Of a DNA stretch of 64,000 nt, positions 32,228 through 42,365 are shown piece by piece. Origin of the DNA: a virus; IMG/VR virus record IMGVR_UViG_3300046492_000199; one strand, written 5' to 3'. Position 1 is the stretch's first letter. Each line of letters opens with the position of its first letter. Made by a program: the position numbers and the translations under genes. The notes under the pieces are model-generated. The model searched no databases, was not told where the DNA came from, and worked only from the letters and a program-made list of their open reading frames with translations.

Positions 32228-33877
32228 TTAAATCTTGAAAGGCGTGTCTTCGGCAGACTTAGAAGGCTGTTCCGTCGCTTCGATCTTGATCGAAGAGTGA
32301 ACCGAAGCATTTTCCTTGACCGCGTCCTGCACCGATGAAGCAAGTTCTCGGATCGATTCAAGGTTCTGTTCAAGTTCAGCCACGTTTTCGCGTGTGATCT
32401 TTGTGGCGTCGGCAACTACATCCTTGTACTGGTAAAGGTCTTCCATTGCCTTTACAAGCTCTTCGTTCACTTCGCCAGTTGCGACAGCCACTCTCATGCT
32501 TTCCTTCATAGCAATTTCGTTCGTCGCATCATTCATCTGAACCATTGTATCACGAGCAATGGTTGCACTTTCAGCAATTGCGGCTTGGCCCACGGCCTGA
32601 AGCACGGTAGAAAGTCGATCCGCAACGCCCGCAACGCCTTGAGTATGCATAACACGCACCTTCTCGACCTGAGACGAGTTTGAATCTGCCATGGTCTTAA
32701 TTCGAACACTCTGCGTAGAAAGATCAGCAAAAGTCTTTTCAGTGTCAACGGCGGAACTTGAGAGCACAGTGAGATGATCGTCAATGGCGCGAAGTTCATT
32801 GTCTCGCTTCATCTTAGTGATCATTGATTCTTCTTCGGCGGGTGTCGCTAGAGTTTCGCGCTTCGTCTTGATCTCCGAACCAGCTTCCTTAATACCTTCG
32901 CCAAGGATGGCATATGCACTAATCATGGATTGGTTAGCATCGGTAAGATCATCGATTTGATCTCCCATACCGGTAAGACTGCCACGAATTCCGCCGAGAG
33001 CAGACTTAGAAACTGCCACGAATTTCTTAGCCTTTTCAACAGTGTTGGCAGAATTTCGCTGATGTTCTTCCGCCGAAAGATCGAGCATGGCGCGAATCGT
33101 AGCCTTGGCCTTGCCGAATTCCGAATCATCTTCAACAGAGACAGGAGCTTGAGCCGAAACTGCCGAAAGCTCTTGCTCCAAGCGAACAATATTGTCTTTG
33201 GCCTGAATGATAGAAATTTCATTCAAAGCGATCTTTTCGCGTGAGGATTGGCGCACCCCGAGCAGGCCGAACAGCGCTTTATCTTCGCTGAGTCGCGCAT
33301 TTTCATTGGTAAGATCGTTGATCAGTTGCTGAGTTGTTTCAAAGCGCTGCTTAATGCCGTTGATCTTGCCGTTGAATTCTGTCTCAACGCTACGGTCGTT
33401 GCGAATATCTGAGAAGATTTCGTTGGTCTTCCCTTCTTTTCTCACAACGTGCATCGCGTCGATGATTTCAAGGATTGGCTTCATCGCTTCATTGAATTCG
33501 ATAAGACCGTCATTCATTGTGGTATAAACTTGCTGAAGCTGAGCCGTGGTATTCGTATTGGTGACATCAATGATTTTACCAGCCATCGTTTCGCGCTGAA
33601 GCTGAAGAAATTCCTTGAATTCATCCAAAGCCTTAATCGTGGCCTTGTTTTCTTCCTTCGTGCCCACGGTAGCGAGAGTTTTCGCTACTGCTTTCTGCTT
33701 ATCTTCCGGCGAAAGCTCAGGATTAAGTACGATCTTGTAGAACGTGTTAGCCGCGATATTTTCGGCCCGCGTATCCTTGGCCGTTTCGGTCTGTACCGTC
33801 TTGGCCTTGACCCCGGTAATTTCCGCGATTCGCGCCTGACGTGCTTCCTTAAGCTTTGCTGCTCCAAAATCACTCAT
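32228..33877 (-). CDS. large alpha-helical coiled-coil protein (possibly TelA/KlaA-like)
   Basis: 549 aa with near-continuous heptads, no Cys or Trp; C-terminal third loosely resembles toxic-anion-resistance proteins by eye only. Confidence 0.55.
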   Translation of the reverse strand: MSDFGAAKLKEARQARIAEITGVKAKTVQTETAKDTRAENIAANTFYKIVLNPELSPEDKQKAVAKTLATVGTKEENKATIKALDEFKEFLQLQRETMAGKIIDVTNTNTTAQLQQVYTTMNDGLIEFNEAMKPILEIIDAMHVVRKEGKTNEIFSDIRNDRSVETEFNGKINGIKQRFETTQQLINDLTNENARLSEDKALFGLLGVRQSSREKIALNEISIIQAKDNIVRLEQELSAVSAQAPVSVEDDSEFGKAKATIRAMLDLSAEEHQRNSANTVEKAKKFVAVSKSALGGIRGSLTGMGDQIDDLTDANQSMISAYAILGEGIKEAGSEIKTKRETLATPAEEESMITKMKRDNELRAIDDHLTVLSSSAVDTEKTFADLSTQSVRIKTMADSNSSQVEKVRVMHTQGVAGVADRLSTVLQAVGQAAIAESATIARDTMVQMNDATNEIAMKESMRVAVATGEVNEELVKAMEDLYQYKDVVADATKITRENVAELEQNLESIRELASSVQDAVKENASVHSSIKIEATEQPSKSAEDTPFKI

Positions 33878-34895
33878 AAATTTTCTCCTTTAGTTCGTTA
33901 ACTTCCATTTTCTGCCCATGCATCCAATGTTTGGTGGTCTGTATATGACCTTTCCTTACACACTTTGCAACATATTTTTTGAATTCTCCGAAAGAAAATT
34001 CACTTGCACTCCTAACGACATAACCTTCATGATTGTCCCACGACAAAGCTATGTTTTTAATAAGTTTTTCGTCATACATGCCTCGATACAGAACAGGAAC
34101 TGGCTCAATGTTTAATAGTTTAAACCACTCCAACGTCTCGTCCCATGAGAGACAAACGTTTTTATCGTTCCAGATGGAGAAGCCGTAAAAATAAGTTTCG
34201 AGATTATCATAACCGATGGAGTGTTTGGCATAAAGGTTTTCACCACAAACTCTCCAACGCTCAGGAATATCTACGGCAATGGAACTCCAAAAGTTTTTAA
34301 CCCAATTGCGACTAGGATGATTCCTGCCATCAAGACTTCTGGCGTGAATATAATCGCTATAAAGCGTAGTGTTCTCACCATCCATTTTCTCCGTCACAAC
34401 GACTTCCATACCGCTGAAAGCTGACATATCTCTTAGGATACGATCATCCTCATTCATGCCGGGAGACCATGGAACATGAGTCGTGCGTGGATATTTGACA
34501 TAATGAGTGAACAGTGGGAGCTTATCATGAAGTATCTTTTGAACCGATTCGTCAAAGAAAAGTTCTCCGATCAACCTAGTTCCATTCGGCAGGATTGGAT
34601 TTCCCCATTTGTCATACACCTGATCATCATAGAAATGCTCAGGGATAACCTTCTTCGTGATCCCGGCACGTTCTCTGATTTCCTCGACTGAAATGTCTGT
34701 AGCCTCGCAAGCTATGTGGTGAATTCCGCAGACGCTGGCCCCGTTATCGAGATAATAACCACCATCGGAAAAGAGTCGGCGTTCCAAGATATGATGTGCG
34801 TCAAGCTTTCCACCTATTCCGCAAACGACACAGCGATGACCGTCCCTGATAAAGACGCCCTCTCTGAAATCATCTCTGGTCAAAAGCTTTGCCAC
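33870..34895 (-). CDS. ATP-dependent RNA ligase with N-terminal HNH domain
   Basis: Ligase: KYPRT.H.PWSPG, VTEKMDGEN (motif I), GEN, FYGFSIW, EGYVVR, K.VRKGH. N-terminus: CVVCG..LDAHHI..NGASVCGIHH. Confidence 0.85.
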   Translation of the reverse strand: MAKLLTRDDFREGVFIRDGHRCVVCGIGGKLDAHHILERRLFSDGGYYLDNGASVCGIHHIACEATDISVEEIRERAGITKKVIPEHFYDDQVYDKWGNPILPNGTRLIGELFFDESVQKILHDKLPLFTHYVKYPRTTHVPWSPGMNEDDRILRDMSAFSGMEVVVTEKMDGENTTLYSDYIHARSLDGRNHPSRNWVKNFWSSIAVDIPERWRVCGENLYAKHSIGYDNLETYFYGFSIWNDKNVCLSWDETLEWFKLLNIEPVPVLYRGMYDEKLIKNIALSWDNHEGYVVRSASEFSFGEFKKYVAKCVRKGHIQTTKHWMHGQKMEVNELKEKIYE

Positions 34896-34896
34896 T

Positions 34897-35226
34897 TTAA
34901 TAATCCGCCTCCGTCTGATATTTAAAATTCATATAACCGTCGAGATAATTTTCAATGTTAGCCGCCCCGACAGGATTTTGACTATGGACGTACCACTCAA
35001 AATCCGGCCCGATCAGTGTTCCACCTCTATCCTCATCCAGATCAACTAGATACTTGGCACACTCGTAGCCACTAAGGCTGTCATCTCCAAGATCGTGATC
35101 AAAGCTAATGAATTTGATCGGCGTTTTTGCGTAAAGCACTGCGTCAACGAATTCGTTATAATTCCTTACAATAACGAAGTCAAGGTAATTCGCGGGCAGG
35201 CGTTCGTCATCTAGAAAAATGTTCAT
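34897..35226 (-). CDS. cyclic-phosphate-processing receiver domain protein
   Basis: IFLDDERLP..VRNY.EF..ISFDHDLG..SGYECAKYL..VHSQNPVGAANI. Confidence 0.8.
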   Translation of the reverse strand: MNIFLDDERLPANYLDFVIVRNYNEFVDAVLYAKTPIKFISFDHDLGDDSLSGYECAKYLVDLDEDRGGTLIGPDFEWYVHSQNPVGAANIENYLDGYMNFKYQTEADY

Positions 35227-36725
35227 CAAGTCACCGCGAAATAGATGCACCATGCCAGCAGTGATACAATCACAGCCGTTCCCATAAAAAGAGGAGCAAA
35301 AAACGCTCCTACCAAGGGATCATCTTCGCGCATGACGAGAATTACCGCAGTCGTTATACTAATAAAAGTAACAAGGGCAGGAATACCCCAATAACCAATA
35401 ACAATTGTCACTTCAAATCACCTTCCTTAAATTCTGGCATGGTCACGACAGCTTTATAAAATGCCATCTTACCGTCACGATAATAAGTGTCGGTAATATC
35501 GCCACCGATGCCTTGCTCCCATTTCGACGTTACCTTGAACAGAATGCCGGGGAACATTTTAGAAACGGGAAGCATTGCCTCGTTCATCTCATCGTCATAA
35601 ACGCTTTCACCGTAAAACAGGTACTTCTTATCCGCAGCTTGGGCCACAACATCTTCCGCCCTACCTTTGAACATGACGAGCATAGCGTTAAACGCCAAGT
35701 CGTGGCCAGTATATGTTAGAAAATGATCAACTTGATATCCCATTACTTTTCTCCTTCTTCCATCTCTTGTACTCCTTGATATAATGTTCAGGCACGATAG
35801 CCGTCATAACGCCGAGACTGTCTCTAAACATTGGGTCTAACTTACCGTCAATCACTTTTGCATAAGAAAACACATCACCTTTGACGCGTTCCAACGCTTC
35901 TACCCCGCCATTTTCAGTCACGATCCAGATGTATTCAGGACTGGTCAATATCCACTCCATTCCGCGATCTTCTTACCGATAATAAATGGCAAGGCAACAA
36001 CGATTACGATGGGCCACAACACTGAGGCCCAAAATACGTCTGACAAGCCCATCCTGCGAAAGAAGCCAAGTGCAACGAACATGCTGAAGAAGTAAAGGAT
36101 AATGTAAATCATGTCAGTTATACTCCAAAATAGAGACGGTCATAGATTGAGGCGGCGCGGAATTTGGTGAATTCATGACTACAATCCACTTCGCCGTAGT
36201 AATCTTGCCAATAGTGAGTCGAGAAGCCTTCGATCACGAACCACTCATCTTCTTTGATCTCATTCACGCCGATCATTTCTTTGATGGTGTATGATAGGCC
36301 AGCGCCGAACTCGGCTTCATACGCCGCCGCGCCACCTTCATATTGAATTTCATATATGCCCCAATCATCACCGTCAACATACTCTATCTGAAACAGAATT
36401 GTGGAAGGCTCGGCAGGATTAGGACATTCATATTCTTCATCTTCATCTATTCCGTCGATCACGGTCCAATCTTCGGCATCAATTACCGCTGCGGCCCTGT
36501 CACGCATGATAGCCACACCTTCAGCGATATCATCTTCTCTAATTTTTACTTCGACCACTTACTTCTTCTCCCGGCATGATAATGCCCCAATAAACTGTGA
36601 ACAGATCGACCGTGCCGATTCGTTCCATTTTAAGGCAATGGACCTTACGAATCGTGTCCGCCGTGCCTACCTTAAATTCAAATCCGGGTGAAGCGATGCA
36701 GTTACCGATTTCTCCTCGCCACGTT

Positions 36726-37298
36726 TCATGCTTGATTTGGTAAACCATTTTCCCTTGCTCCTAACTTTATAGGTCGATCCTGTTGAGCTTTTAAACCTTC
36801 AACAGTAACCTTGTCATTCTTTTCCCAACCTTCTTCTAGGGCGAGAATGTACAGGGACAGTTTAAGATTCTTTGCCAAGATTTGTTCCATCGCTTCTGCA
36901 TCACCGTCTAGAGCGTTTAGCTTTCTGAAGTAGTGCTTGCCGCGAATCGGTGGCGGAACTTTACCACCATTTTCAATTATTTTAGCTTTGAATTTTTCAA
37001 AATTTTCGGTGCCTCGGCGCTGGTTGCAGGACCAATGACTGAGAGGAACGTTCTCCTTAGCACTCGAACCACCTTTAGATTTGAGATGCACATGCTCAAA
37101 CGTGGCATTACTTTTCGGCGTCTTGCTTTTGTGCTTCCCGACGCTGATCGTCATAGGTTTGCTACAGAGACAGCACAACCCATCTTGTTGCTTGAACAGT
37201 GCCACCTTTTTTCTATGCTGTCGCCTTACCCACGCCTCTGGTATGGCGGGAATAAGGGCTTCGTACACGATAAGCTGTTGCTGCTGTTCCGGCGTCAT
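36726..37298 (-). CDS. HNH endonuclease
   Basis: CCLC..ATFEHVHLKSKGGSSAKENVPLSHWSCNQRRG. Confidence 0.8.
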   Translation of the reverse strand: MTPEQQQQLIVYEALIPAIPEAWVRRQHRKKVALFKQQDGLCCLCSKPMTISVGKHKSKTPKSNATFEHVHLKSKGGSSAKENVPLSHWSCNQRRGTENFEKFKAKIIENGGKVPPPIRGKHYFRKLNALDGDAEAMEQILAKNLKLSLYILALEEGWEKNDKVTVEGLKAQQDRPIKLGARENGLPNQA

Positions 37299-37309
37299 GG
37301 CACTCCTCT

Positions 37310-37969
37310 TTATATCTCGTCAGCTTCTGCGAATTTTCTCGACCTGAGCGCGGAGCAGACACCTTCAGTAATTTGCCTACCAGTTGCGCCGAGAATCAAG
37401 CGTTCTGTTAATTTCGTCATATTCTCTTTAGCCAGATATGGCAAGCTTAAATTTTTGCAAAGCTGGACAAGTTCGTCGCGCCACAGCAAATTGAGCATGG
37501 CTCTGGTATCAGGTGTGTCATACAAACCCTTGATTTTCCACGTCTGATCCATGTAGCGATTTGAATTCCGTAACGGCTCTGGATAGGTCCAGACAAAATC
37601 TTTGACATGACTGCCGACTATTTCTGTCAATGGTGGGCTAGGATCGTAACGCGTACCACCATTATTGGCATAATCTTTCGCGACAAAAAACTTTTTATCG
37701 AGCACGAGAAAGGTTTGATGTGAGCAGCGTTTAAACGCTTTCCACTGATGATCCAAACGCTTAAGTACGTCTTTCTCACTCTTAATTTCAAATAATAAAA
37801 TTTCAGAAAGACCAACAACGGCTAGATCGGCACGAGGACTTCCTGTCCCTGCCGTATTTAGTTCATGGATTATTCGTGAACAGGGTCTAACTTGTCTGAT
37901 TTTATCAATGACTGTATTTCTAATTTCGCGCTCTACCGAACTGCCTGCCATAACGGGGATAAATCTCAT
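37310..37969 (-). CDS. PD-(D/E)xK nuclease-like protein (MmcB/sce7726-like)
   Basis: IIHEL..RADLAVV..LFEIKSEKD.L.RL..Q. Confidence 0.7.
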   Translation of the reverse strand: MRFIPVMAGSSVEREIRNTVIDKIRQVRPCSRIIHELNTAGTGSPRADLAVVGLSEILLFEIKSEKDVLKRLDHQWKAFKRCSHQTFLVLDKKFFVAKDYANNGGTRYDPSPPLTEIVGSHVKDFVWTYPEPLRNSNRYMDQTWKIKGLYDTPDTRAMLNLLWRDELVQLCKNLSLPYLAKENMTKLTERLILGATGRQITEGVCSALRSRKFAEADEI

Positions 37970-38188
37970 TTTTGTGTTGTGAATAAATGTTCATAATATT
38001 ATATGAAGTGACTTTGGAGGTATCAATTTCGCTGGTGATTAGCCATTGAGCCAAGTGCCTTCCGATTTCATAACGTGGTCCTGTGAAATAATCATAATCA
38101 TCAATTCTAGAAGGTAAATCATTTAACCTGTCACAAAAGCCAGCAAACATGGCGTCATAAACTGAATGGAACGTCATTAAAATTCCTA

Positions 38189-38237
38189 TTGACTTATTGA
38201 ATTTAGCTGTTATAAACGACGAATTACAAAAAGTCAA
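38189..38237. promoter_or_regulatory. overlapping bidirectional promoter at the main strand switch
   Basis: Plus: TTGACT(38189-94)-16-TATAAA(38211-16). Minus: TTGACT(38237-32)-17-TATAAC(38214-09). Confidence 0.7.
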
Positions 38238-39228
38238 GCAAAATGATTATAACCTTTAAACATAAAGGATCAGTATGTCCGCCACCAGCGCAGCAACTAA
38301 AAGCAAGTTTAAAGAAGTTTATATCGATGGAGAGCGCTATGTAAGTGACGAACTTGAGGCGCAGATTAAGTGGCTCAAGGTCAGGAGTGAAGAGATTTTC
38401 CACGGCTCCATTGATGATCGCGCCTCTCTCACCAAACTTTATCAAATTATAGGGATGATTTCAGTTGAAAATAATTAATTATATTTGTTACGCCGTTACC
38501 ATTTTAATCGTCGGTTCTTTTCTTTATAATTATCAACTAACCTACGCCATTCTGCTCCTCCTGTTAGGAGCAAATTAATGAGCGCACCAACTCTCTTAGC
38601 ACCTGTATTTTTCGCTATTTCGATGTGCCTTGTTATGACGTGGCTCTGCATCGGTTTGGAAAATTATCTTGTCAATGAACGGGCGAGAAGCATTCTTTCG
38701 TGGATTTCCCCCGTTTTCCTTGTCGCGATTCCTGTATCGCTGACTTTTTATCTTTTTGGAACAAATCCGTCATGAAATTAGCTTTTAAAAAATCACACCC
38801 TCCCGGCTTTGTCGAAGTGAGGTACGGAAGCTTGTTGCTTTATAGCAACAAGGAATTTGAGAAGGCGGTTAATTGGGTAAAGTTGCATTATAAGTTGACA
38901 GATAAACAATTAGCTGCAATTGTCAGGGAATATGAAAAGGAGGATTGAAAATGAATGAAGAGCTAACCCTAGATCGTTACGCCGTGTTCGAAGATTACGC
39001 CATCCCCCATCCAACAGGCGCTTTTGTCCGATTCACAGACGTTGCCACTTTGATTAGTCGACTCTGCATGGTGATTGAGGCACACAACGGCGCGGCAAAC
39101 AGCCCTGCAAATGCTGTGTTCATGGCGTCTCCTCCTATGGTTTGGGACGCCGTAATTGATAGAGACCTTGCCATTGCGGCTGAGGTTTGGGCCGAATTCG
39201 CCACGGCTAACTTAATTTAAGCTACCTT

Positions 39229-39579
39229 ATGTCGAAACATCATAATTTATCAAAACTCGATAGAGCTTTTGTCAAAATCTATCGAGAGGAAGCTCTATTG
39301 AGCCAAGACAAGAAGTGCTGCTATTGCCACGAGCCTTTGTCATTTAAAAGCGTCACGGCGGAGCATAAGCAGCCAAGAAGCAAGAATGGGTCCGACGCTA
39401 AGGAAAACATTGCAGGCTCTTGTAGGGCTTGCAATGAGGCAAAGGGAGCCATTACTGACGCCAAGTTCAAGAAACTTATTAAAAGTTTTCCAAGCGGCAT
39501 GAGCTACAAGATAATTTTGACATGGTCGAGGCGCAGGATCAACTTGGCGCTTGAGAGATTTGAGAAAGGTTGGAGCTAG
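39229..39579 (+). CDS. HNH endonuclease
   Basis: CCYC..VTAEHKQPRSKNGSDAKENIAGSCRACNEAKG. Confidence 0.85.
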   Translation: MSKHHNLSKLDRAFVKIYREEALLSQDKKCCYCHEPLSFKSVTAEHKQPRSKNGSDAKENIAGSCRACNEAKGAITDAKFKKLIKSFPSGMSYKIILTWSRRRINLALERFEKGWS

Positions 39580-40424
39580 TGACCAAAATCACATGGTTAA
39601 TCGACAATCACATGTTTGATCGCAGTCCGCTGTATCGGAACATGGATGAAAATTTTAAAGAATTAGGAATTCCTTATTATTATGCCCAATACATCCCTTT
39701 CGCTGACGCGAAAGACCAAGATTATGGGCCATTCAAAGACGGCGATCCCGTTGTGATCTACGGCTCGATTAATTTCGTCAAGAAATGTCCAAGAGTCTTC
39801 GTTCCCGGCGCTTATGGTTACACCCAAAATCGTCAGTGCAACGTCTATATGACGAATATCCCTCATGATTGGTTCCTCAACTCTGACTATATCATGCTGC
39901 CTTGGGGCGACCTTAAGGCGAGATGGAAAGAGGTTTATGTCGATCTGCTTAAGTGCTACGAAATTTTTATCCGCCCCATGAGTGGGGATAAGAGTTTCAC
40001 TGGCCAAGCCATATTCTACAGTGATTTCCTGTTCGAAGCAAATTCGACGCAGCAACTGACTTCTGTCACGGATGAGACAATCGTCATGATCGCGAAGTCG
40101 AAGAAGCAGGAAATTAAGGGTGAATTCAGATTCATCATTGGCGCTGGTGAAGTCATCGCCGGTTCGGAATATCGTTGGGACGGAAATCTGGATATTCGTA
40201 GGGATTGGCCCGCTGAGTGTGAAGCCTTGGCAAAACAAGTAGCCGAACTTCCGTGGCAACTCGACACGGTCTACACCTGTGACGTTGCCCTGATGGCAGA
40301 TGGCGTTCCTAAAATTGTGGAACTAAATGGGTTTGCCAGCGCTGGCTGGTACGCCGCAGATCAAAAGAAAATTATTTCAAGAGTGACAGAAATTGCAGAG
40401 GCTGAACATGCCGAAAACATTTGA
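39570..40424 (+). CDS. ATP-grasp domain protein (R2K/DUF4343-like)
   Basis: FIRPMSGDKSFTG, EFRFII..VIAGSEY, YTCDVA..IVELNGF.SAGWY. Confidence 0.75.
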   Translation: MELVTKITWLIDNHMFDRSPLYRNMDENFKELGIPYYYAQYIPFADAKDQDYGPFKDGDPVVIYGSINFVKKCPRVFVPGAYGYTQNRQCNVYMTNIPHDWFLNSDYIMLPWGDLKARWKEVYVDLLKCYEIFIRPMSGDKSFTGQAIFYSDFLFEANSTQQLTSVTDETIVMIAKSKKQEIKGEFRFIIGAGEVIAGSEYRWDGNLDIRRDWPAECEALAKQVAELPWQLDTVYTCDVALMADGVPKIVELNGFASAGWYAADQKKIISRVTEIAEAEHAENI

Positions 40425-40598
40425 TTATGTCGTGGCTCGTCATTGGGATAATGGTTCGAAGTGTATCTACACCTATCACACTCAGGTCCATCACGGCTCG
40501 ATAGAGAGTGCTAGAAACTTGCTGGATTACGTCAAACGTCGAAGTCCGGAACACAACGATTACAAAATTTATAAAATTAATTATGAGGAAGTTGAATA

Positions 40599-41423
40599 GT
40601 GGGAAGTTTTCATAAAGTCTGTGGCATCACTGGTATGACGATTCAATGGGGCGAGCCGTGCTACGTGACACGTTTGGAGCGCCAGAAGCATGTGTATCGC
40701 CAAGGCGCTATTATTTTCAAACCGGATCAGGAGTGGCAACCCATTTCTTTCCCACAACTCACGTCATACTATGATTATGGCAGAGTTGATGAAGATTTCA
40801 AGCCGAATCCTCTCAATGAATTTCTTGGTCTTAACGTTGAAGATGGTGAAGAAGATAGGACCATTGATACGGACGATCTTGGCGCTGAATATAGCGTGTC
40901 TGACACTCTATTCCTTATCCATCCACAGGCCTACCAGAAATTTAGCTCTAAAGTGATCGATCCTGATGACCTGTTCAACTATCGGCGTACAATCTTCGAA
41001 ACGGGACCGTCTTATTTCATTGATGCGTTCGAAGAGGCTAAGAAGATGACGGAATCCGCTCTTCCCGACGATCCAGTCAAACATTACATGTTTCATATGT
41101 ACCTAGAGAATTCTCACGCCTTTGGCTGGAACCATAGCAAGATTGGTTGGAAAATTTTTAATAAAATCAATGATGCTAAATCTTATGAACCGTTGGACCG
41201 CGCCGTTAGCCTTGGACTGGCAGAAGAACTTTATAAGCAATTCATCTTTGAGACCAATATGGATCAGATGTGGAAAAGTTATAGGCCTTCGAATTATGGC
41301 GGGCAATACGATAACTATGAGACCTATCTTGAATTGGCCGATGTGATGATTGAAATCGCGGCAGAGAAGCGGCTCAAGATCGATGCTGAAGATGGCGATT
41401 ACGATGAAGACGAGGATTTGTGA
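40599..41423 (+). CDS. hypothetical phage protein
   Basis: 274-aa ORF starting GSF...C.ITG..I..G; contains YYDYG. Confidence 0.7.
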   Translation: MGSFHKVCGITGMTIQWGEPCYVTRLERQKHVYRQGAIIFKPDQEWQPISFPQLTSYYDYGRVDEDFKPNPLNEFLGLNVEDGEEDRTIDTDDLGAEYSVSDTLFLIHPQAYQKFSSKVIDPDDLFNYRRTIFETGPSYFIDAFEEAKKMTESALPDDPVKHYMFHMYLENSHAFGWNHSKIGWKIFNKINDAKSYEPLDRAVSLGLAEELYKQFIFETNMDQMWKSYRPSNYGGQYDNYETYLELADVMIEIAAEKRLKIDAEDGDYDEDEDL

Positions 41424-41867
41424 CATGGCAGTTCCAGTTGATTTTCCCGGCGCTAACCTAACCCTTGGTCCACCGAAAGGTATGACTGAGGAAGAGGTAC
41501 GCAGCATGCCGGTCCATCATGCAAAGAATCACTTCATTTCTTGTTGGTATTTATCCGATTCTGAGATCGAAGAGATAGTCAGGACTCGCTGCGTTTGGCA
41601 AACTTTGATGGGTAGCGGGGCTCAACCAAGCTTCATTAGTGGCTCCTTAAATGATGTGATTGATCTAGTTTATGACCAAAACGAGGCAATTTAGGCGTGA
41701 CGCCAACCTCTCCTCGAAAATAAATCCATGCATTTTCAAAGACTTATGAAAAAGTAATCAAAAGAGGTTACTTTTCACGGAACATTTCTTTATGTTATCC
41801 ATTATTCCGTCAGACAAACGCAAGGGGCGGTGTCACAAACAACGGAAACGAAACAGGAGAAAATGTC

Positions 41868-42296
41868 ATGGCTACTGCAATCAATGAACTGAAGTCGATC
41901 AAGGTAAACGAAATCGCATGGAGCGGTCGCGCCGCCGCTGCGCTGAAGAATGGCGGCTTGCTGGATAAGACTCTGGCTGATGTTGACAACATCAAGGATG
42001 ATGAGCTTCTGTCCATCAATCGTATGGGTCGTGGCTCTCTTGGCGAGATTCGCCAGAAGATCGTCCAAGCCGGTGCGAGGGCTCGTGAAGAAAAGATGAA
42101 GCAGGATATGGATCAGCGCAACGCTGATTTCAATACCGGCAACAACACCAATGATCAGCCTGTGCCGGATCGGCGTGAAATCAAGGTCAGGTCGAACAGT
42201 TCCGTCGAGGATAAGGTCATGGAATTCGCCAAAACCCACCCTTCGATCATCAATTCGATCATCAACGAAGAAGTGATTTTGGTCCCCCGGCTGTAA
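41868..42296 (+). CDS. protein with N-terminal RNA polymerase alpha-CTD-like (HhH) domain
   Basis: IKVNEIAWSGRAAAALKNGG..TLADV..DELLSINRMGRGSLGEIRQKI parallels RpoA-CTD ..ELSVRS.NCLK..DL..ELL..N.G.KSL.EI. Confidence 0.75.
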   Translation: MATAINELKSIKVNEIAWSGRAAAALKNGGLLDKTLADVDNIKDDELLSINRMGRGSLGEIRQKIVQAGARAREEKMKQDMDQRNADFNTGNNTNDQPVPDRREIKVRSNSSVEDKVMEFAKTHPSIINSIINEEVILVPRL

Positions 42297-42304
42297 CATT
42301 TCTA

Positions 42305-42365
42305 TTGACATTCACGAAACGTTCTGATACAAAACTCCCCATATTGATTTATGGGGAGTTTTTTA
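42305..42365 (+). terminator. terminator hairpin interlocked with a promoter
   Basis: AAAACTCCCCAT/ATGGGGAGTTTT stem plus T-run; TTGACA(42305)-17-TACAAA(42328-33) overlaps its 5' arm. Confidence 0.65.
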
